DNA from: a virus
DNA length: 64,000 nucleotides
Virus genome (UHGV): UHGV-1483955
Direction: 5' to 3' (one strand)
Shown here in pieces: positions 59,253-64,000 of this stretch. Each line of letters starts with the position of its first letter. The first letter of the stretch is position 1. A model generated the notes under the pieces. It did not search any database, was not told where the DNA came from, and saw only the letters and a program-made list of their open reading frames with translations. The translations under genes were made by a program, and so were the position numbers.

Positions 59253-59705
59253 ATGTTACTTAACTGGCAGGGACGCCACTTCATGGAAATAAATCACTCA
59301 CGAATAACATCGTACGAGATTGCGGATTACATGATCCGCACTAAATCTCTTCTATCAGCGAAAGAACTCGCAGCAATTCTTGAAAAGGAATACCCGCATC
59401 TGGATGTCGATAAGCGCGATGTTTATCTGCGCTTAAAGGCTATCGCTGTGTCTAAGTATTCGTCTGTTTTGATTGATGACAGTACACGCCCACGTAGATT
59501 TCAGATCCACTCTCTGAATCCTGAATTCTTTCGCCGCAGCCGCGCTCCGCGCCGGTTTGATGAAAAACTCCAGAACGAACTCTATATGACGCAGGACGAA
59601 AAGGAACGCCGGGAGCACCAGCCTTGGGTGGTGGCGCGTCAACTTTTCAATAAGGTGGTCCGTCAGCACCGTCATTACGGTAATGCCACATCCGCACGTA
59701 TCTGA
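59253..59705 (+). CDS. lpa: late promoter activator candidate (150 aa)
   Basis: Size and position immediately upstream of pacA as in P1; no independent motif evidence. Confidence 0.4.
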   Translation: MLLNWQGRHFMEINHSRITSYEIADYMIRTKSLLSAKELAAILEKEYPHLDVDKRDVYLRLKAIAVSKYSSVLIDDSTRPRRFQIHSLNPEFFRRSRAPRRFDEKLQNELYMTQDEKERREHQPWVVARQLFNKVVRQHRHYGNATSARI

Positions 59706-59791
59706 TTGATTGCTTGCCCGTTCCGGGCCTTTTGACATGTGACTTTCGTTACCCTCGCGTCAAAAAGAGTTTTATACGAAAGGAAGCATAA

Positions 59792-60985
59792 GTGACCTGG
59801 GACGATCACAAGAAGAATTTTGCTCGCCTGGCGCGAGATGGTGGTTACACCATCGCACAATATGCCGCCGAGTTTAATCTCAACCCAAACACCGCACGTC
59901 GTTATCTCCGTGCATTCAAAGAAGACACCGGAACAGCGGACAGCCGTAAGCCAAATAAGCCTGTCAGAAAACCACTAAAAAGCATGATCATTGATCACGC
60001 TAATGATCAACGTGCAGGTGATCACGTTGTGGCTGAAATGGCTGAAAAACAAAGAGTTAATGCTGTTGTCAGTGCCGCAGTCGAGAACGCGAAGCGCCAG
60101 AATAAGCGCATAAATGATCGTTCTGATGATCATGACGTGATCACCCGCGCCCACCGGACCTTACGTGATCGCCTGGAACGCGACACCCTGGATGATGATG
60201 GTGAACGCTTTGAATTCGAAGCTGGCGATTACCTGATAGATAACGTTGAAGCGCGGAAGGCCGCGCGCGCTATGTTGCGTCGGTCCGGGGCTGATGTTCT
60301 GGAAACCACTCTTCTGGAAAAGTCTCTCTCTCATCTCCTTATGCTGGAGAACGCCAGGGATACGTGTATTCGCCTGGTGCAGGAAATGCGCGATCAGCAA
60401 AAAGACGATGATGAAGGTACTCCGCCTGAATACCGTATCGCGAGCATGCTAAACAGCTGTTCCGCGCAGATAAGCAGCCTGATCAACACCATTTACAGCA
60501 TCCGGAATAACTATCGAAAAGAAAGCCGGGAGGCGGAAAAGCACGCTTTGTCTATGGGGCAAGCTGGCATTGTTAAGCTGGCATACGAACGAAAGCGTGA
60601 AAATAACTGGTCAGTGCTGGAAGCAGCTGAATTCATTGAGGCGCATGGCGGGAAAGTGCCGCCCCTGATGCTGGAGCAAATCAAAGCCGATCTGCGTGCT
60701 CCTAAGACCAATACCGATGATGAGGAAAGGCAAACAGCCGTCGGTGGCCCTTCTCTTGAAGATCTGGACAAAGTTGCGCGAGAACGGGCCGCCAACCGCC
60801 GCGCCGATGCCGCATTGTGGATTGAGCAGCGTAGGGAAGAAATCGCCGATATCGTTGATACAGGCGGTTATGGAGATGTTGATACTGAAGGTGTATCAAA
60901 CGACCCATGGCTGGAACAAGACCTGGACGAAGACGAGGAGGAAGACGAAGAAGTTACCCGCAAGCTATACGGGGATGATGATTAA
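59792..60985 (+). CDS. pacA: PacA pacase subunit
   Basis: 397 aa, GTG start, acidic C-terminus; contains the TGATCA hexamer pac cluster. Confidence 0.8.
   Translation: MTWDDHKKNFARLARDGGYTIAQYAAEFNLNPNTARRYLRAFKEDTGTADSRKPNKPVRKPLKSMIIDHANDQRAGDHVVAEMAEKQRVNAVVSAAVENAKRQNKRINDRSDDHDVITRAHRTLRDRLERDTLDDDGERFEFEAGDYLIDNVEARKAARAMLRRSGADVLETTLLEKSLSHLLMLENARDTCIRLVQEMRDQQKDDDEGTPPEYRIASMLNSCSAQISSLINTIYSIRNNYRKESREAEKHALSMGQAGIVKLAYERKRENNWSVLEAAEFIEAHGGKVPPLMLEQIKADLRAPKTNTDDEERQTAVGGPSLEDLDKVARERAANRRADAALWIEQRREEIADIVDTGGYGDVDTEGVSNDPWLEQDLDEDEEEDEEVTRKLYGDDD
59985..60170. promoter_or_regulatory. pac site: two clusters of TGATCA/TGATCG hexamers inside pacA
   Basis: TGATCA at ~59985, 59992, 60004, 60019 and TGATCG/TGATCA at ~60114, 60126, 60138, 60165. 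Confidence 0.7.
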
Positions 60986-62469
60986 TGGCCAGAAGTTGCG
61001 TAACGGATCCACGTTGGCGCGAGCTGGTGGCGCTATATCGTTATGACTGGATTGCTGCCGCTGATGTTTTGTTCGGCAAAACACCTACCTGGCAGCAGGA
61101 TCTGATTATTGAGTCTGTGCAGGAACAGGGTAGCAAGACATCTGTTTCGTCTGGTCACGGTACCGGGAAATCAGATATGACTTCTATCATGATCATGTTG
61201 TTCATAATCATGTATCCCGGTGCCCGCGCCATTATCGTTGCGAACAAAATTCAGCAGGTAATGACCGGTATATTCAAGTACATCAAGATAAACTGGGCTA
61301 CTGCCACCAGCCGTTTTCCATGGCTTGCTGATTATTTTGTTCTGACAGAAACCGCTTTCTATGAGGTTACTGGTAAAGGTGTATGGACTGTAGTACCGAA
61401 GGGCTTTCGTCTGGGAAGTGAAGAAGCTCTCGCCGGTGAACACGCAGATCATCTTCTGTATATTATCGATGAAGCCTCCGGTGTCAGTGATAGAGCTTTC
61501 GGTATCATCACCGGTGCTCTTACCGGACAGGATAACCGCATCTTATTACTGTCACAGCCTACACGCCCAAGCGGCTATTTCTACGATACACACCATAAAC
61601 TGGCCAAGCGTCCTGGTAACCCTGATGGCGTTTATACGGCGATCACGCTTAACAGTGAGGAATCACCGCTGGTAACGCCAGCATTTATCAAAATGAAGCT
61701 GGCGGAGTACGGCGGGCGTGATAACCCTATGTACATGATTAAGGTACGCGGCCTATTCCCTAAATCACAGGATGGCTTCCTTCTTGGACGTGATGAGGTT
61801 GAACGTGCAACGCGGCGGAAAGTCAAGATTGCCAAAGGATGGGGCTGGCTTGCATGTGTGGACGTTGCTGGTGGTACGGGACGGGATAAGTCCGTTATCA
61901 ATATCATGATGGTGTCCGGCCAGCGAAATAAACGCCGTGTAATCAACTATCGAATGCTGGAATACACAGACGTTACAGAAACGCAGCTTGCCGCCAAAAT
62001 TTTCGCAGAATGCAATCCTGAGCGATTCCCAAATATCACCATAGCGATAGACGGCGATGGCCTGGGTAAAGCAACGGCGGATCTGATGTACGAGTATTAT
62101 GGTATTACCGTACAGCGTATACGCTGGGGTAAAAAGATGCATAGCCGTGAAGATAAGAGCCTGTACTTTGATAAACGTGCTTATGCCAACGTTCAAGCCG
62201 CAGAGGCCGTAAAATCTGGTCGTATGAGACTGGATAAGGGTAATGAAACTATTGAGGAAGCGTCGAAAATCCCTGTAGGGATTAACTCCGCAGGTCAATG
62301 GAAAGTGATGAGTAAGGAGGATATGAAGAAAAAACTCAACCTGCACTCACCAGACCATTGGGATACATATTGTTTCGCTATGCTGGCTGATTATGTTCCC
62401 CAGGATGAAGTGCTTAGCGTCGAAGACGAAGCGCAGGTTGATGAAGCTCTGGCATGGCTTAATGAATAA
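60985..62469 (+). CDS. pacB: PacB terminase large-subunit-like ATPase
   Basis: 494 aa; Walker [10 protein letters not shown], Walker [11 protein letters not shown]; ATG overlaps pacA stop. Confidence 0.85.
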   Translation: MARSCVTDPRWRELVALYRYDWIAAADVLFGKTPTWQQDLIIESVQEQGSKTSVSSGHGTGKSDMTSIMIMLFIIMYPGARAIIVANKIQQVMTGIFKYIKINWATATSRFPWLADYFVLTETAFYEVTGKGVWTVVPKGFRLGSEEALAGEHADHLLYIIDEASGVSDRAFGIITGALTGQDNRILLLSQPTRPSGYFYDTHHKLAKRPGNPDGVYTAITLNSEESPLVTPAFIKMKLAEYGGRDNPMYMIKVRGLFPKSQDGFLLGRDEVERATRRKVKIAKGWGWLACVDVAGGTGRDKSVINIMMVSGQRNKRRVINYRMLEYTDVTETQLAAKIFAECNPERFPNITIAIDGDGLGKATADLMYEYYGITVQRIRWGKKMHSREDKSLYFDKRAYANVQAAEAVKSGRMRLDKGNETIEEASKIPVGINSAGQWKVMSKEDMKKKLNLHSPDHWDTYCFAMLADYVPQDEVLSVEDEAQVDEALAWLNE

Positions 62470-62493
62470 CTCATTGACCATGCCGGATAGAAA

Positions 62494-63345
62494 CTATTGC
62501 GCGCTTTCGGGGTTGTCGTTTACTGGCTGCCCCTTCTTAGTTTTACGGCTGCGCGTAACTGATGCGGCTGATTTGACCTTTTTCTCTTCGCGAGTGATGG
62601 CAATTTGTTTTTTTACATTTTCAATATCTGCCAGGCGATATATTTTTGCCTGCGGCCAGCGGTCGCAGATGATCGGTTCTATAGAGTCATAAAGGCTAAA
62701 TTTTGCTTTCTCGAATTCACCGTTGATGATGATTCCATCACGGAGAGTTTCATCGCAGATAAACACACCACACAGCGGCACATGGTAACTAACTGATTTA
62801 CCATCATTGTAGTTAGGGCTACTGGAAATGTAATGGACGCGCAGCATTGTTTCGCTAAAGCCGTGTACACGCATACGGAATTTTTCATCCTCCGGGTACT
62901 GCTTCATTAGCTCTTTTGTTGCTTCCAGGTTCTCTATGTATTTCGCACTGTGCTCATTGATCCCCGCGCTTTTCTGGATGCGAATGTCCTTATCAATCAG
63001 ATGAATAATGCGGCCAGCGGTCATGTTGACGCTGTTCACAGCTTCTGTCTGATAAGTTGTAACCTTACGCACACCGCGAAGGATGTTAGGCACTGGATAT
63101 AAAATAGTCTTTGGGATATTGAGGTCTGGGTACTGTTCCAGTTCCCGCGCCATTAAAGTCCATTTATCAATTTCAGCCTGAATGCTGTCCGTTTCTTTGA
63201 ACGGCAGAACGACAACCGGGCGAACAGGACGACCGTCGCTGGCGGCATCAACGTGTTGGGCGCGTGCAACAGCTTTTTTTAGAAAGAGATCCCTGAAGCT
63301 GACGAACTCCTGGTACAGTTGTTCGCCGTAGACATAATTTATCAT
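62494..63345 (-). CDS. c1: C1 primary repressor
   Basis: 283 aa beginning MINYVYGEQLYQEFVSFRDLFLKK, matching P1 C1 as recalled; many cognate operator 17-mers in window. Confidence 0.9.
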   Translation of the reverse strand: MINYVYGEQLYQEFVSFRDLFLKKAVARAQHVDAASDGRPVRPVVVLPFKETDSIQAEIDKWTLMARELEQYPDLNIPKTILYPVPNILRGVRKVTTYQTEAVNSVNMTAGRIIHLIDKDIRIQKSAGINEHSAKYIENLEATKELMKQYPEDEKFRMRVHGFSETMLRVHYISSSPNYNDGKSVSYHVPLCGVFICDETLRDGIIINGEFEKAKFSLYDSIEPIICDRWPQAKIYRLADIENVKKQIAITREEKKVKSAASVTRSRKTKKGQPVNDNPESAQ

Positions 63346-63440
63346 TGATCCTCCTCCAGAATTGACATGGCCAACAACTCACAGCGGATTACACTGGGAG
63401 TTGTTGGCCACCATTATAGAAGGATCCAACGAAAATAATA

Positions 63441-63457
63441 GATTTATTAGTGCATTT
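63441..63457. promoter_or_regulatory. C1 operator-like site
   Basis: GATTTATTAGTGCATTT, reverse complement near consensus. Confidence 0.5.
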
Positions 63458-63665
63458 ATTGTGAGTCTGGCTGGTTAGTGGCCATGAGATATTCGATTGT
63501 GTCAGTGAGATCATCCAGGTCGTCTTGGGTGATGCGGTACTCCTGATTGGATATCTTTGAGTAGTGTTCAGCAATGGCGCGGGCAGCGTCGGTTTCGGCG
63601 GGGTCTACAGATAAAGCGTTAGAGCAATGTCTAACGTCGTCGATGGTTGGTGGAATGAAAGCCAT
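63456..63665 (-). CDS. coi: Coi (C1 inactivator)
   Basis: 69-aa acidic ORF directly upstream of c1 on same strand; GAGG ribosome-binding site. Confidence 0.75.
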   Translation of the reverse strand: MAFIPPTIDDVRHCSNALSVDPAETDAARAIAEHYSKISNQEYRITQDDLDDLTDTIEYLMATNQPDSQ

Positions 63666-63904
63666 AATTATGCCTCACTGTATTGACAACACAGAGCCTG
63701 AAGCTCTGACCTACTGTTTCACCCATGATCCATGCTGGGGTAATCTAACAACATTGCGCTGTGTGTAAGATGAGCAATGCATAGCTGTAATGCCGTTGTA
63801 TAAGGTTTCCCTGTTTGCTCATTTCCTTCTGAGCCGCTCTACAACGCTGAAGACACATTAAATAGTGAATCCAAAGTCGTATTACGAAACGGCGGCAAAA
63901 CTAT

Positions 63905-63920
63905 AATTTATTAGAGCAAT
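63905..63920. promoter_or_regulatory. C1 operator (reverse), with another copy truncated at window end (~63987-64000)
   Basis: AATTTATTAGAGCAAT = reverse complement of ATTGCTCTAATAAATT; ATTGCTCTAATAAT at the last 14 nt. Confidence 0.6.
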
Positions 63921-64000
63921 TGTCAAACAACTATGAAAAACAATCCAGTTTTTGGCTGGTGGAGTGGGATTTTTCTCTCAAAATTTATTGCTCTAATAAT

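Overview
The window reads as about 64 kb of a P1-like temperate myovirus maintained as a phage-plasmid. All calls come from reading the sequence and the supplied ORF translations against remembered protein families; no searches were run, and hand-counted coordinates may be off by 1-2 nt. Left to right: a tail-fibre gene running off the window start, baseplate genes and a Sit-like 1130-aa transglycosylase (minus strand); an AT-rich secreted-protein operon; the immI-like block (icd, ant) and kilA-repL; a hok/mok-type toxin locus; sheath and capsid candidates; the plasmid cassette parS-parB-parA, an extra T5orf172-like gene, and repA flanked by iterons with a GATC/DnaA-box origin; a spanin-like pair; hrdC (RdgC homologue) and the bifunctional methyltransferase dmt; a non-coding tRNA region (Asn, Thr) packed with structured RNA-like repeats; upl-plp, tRNA-Ile(CAU), ban and a glycosyltransferase; more baseplate genes; an accessory block (VRR-NUC nuclease, MptE-like paralogues, Ser/Thr phosphatase, HAD phosphatase, ASCH-like and PAPS-reductase-like proteins, Ea22-like and DUF551 proteins); then hot, LexA box, humD, phd-doc, pacA with its pac hexamers, pacB, and c1-coi. 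C1-operator-like 17-mers (ATTGCTCTAATAAATTT) recur throughout. The most interesting unexplained signal is the array of covarying tRNA-like stem-loop modules around the tRNA genes (31921-33280). Secondary candidates are the T5orf172 gene between the iterons and the par operon, the hok-like toxin, a putative glycosylation-like operon, and several tiny hydrophobic ORFs.
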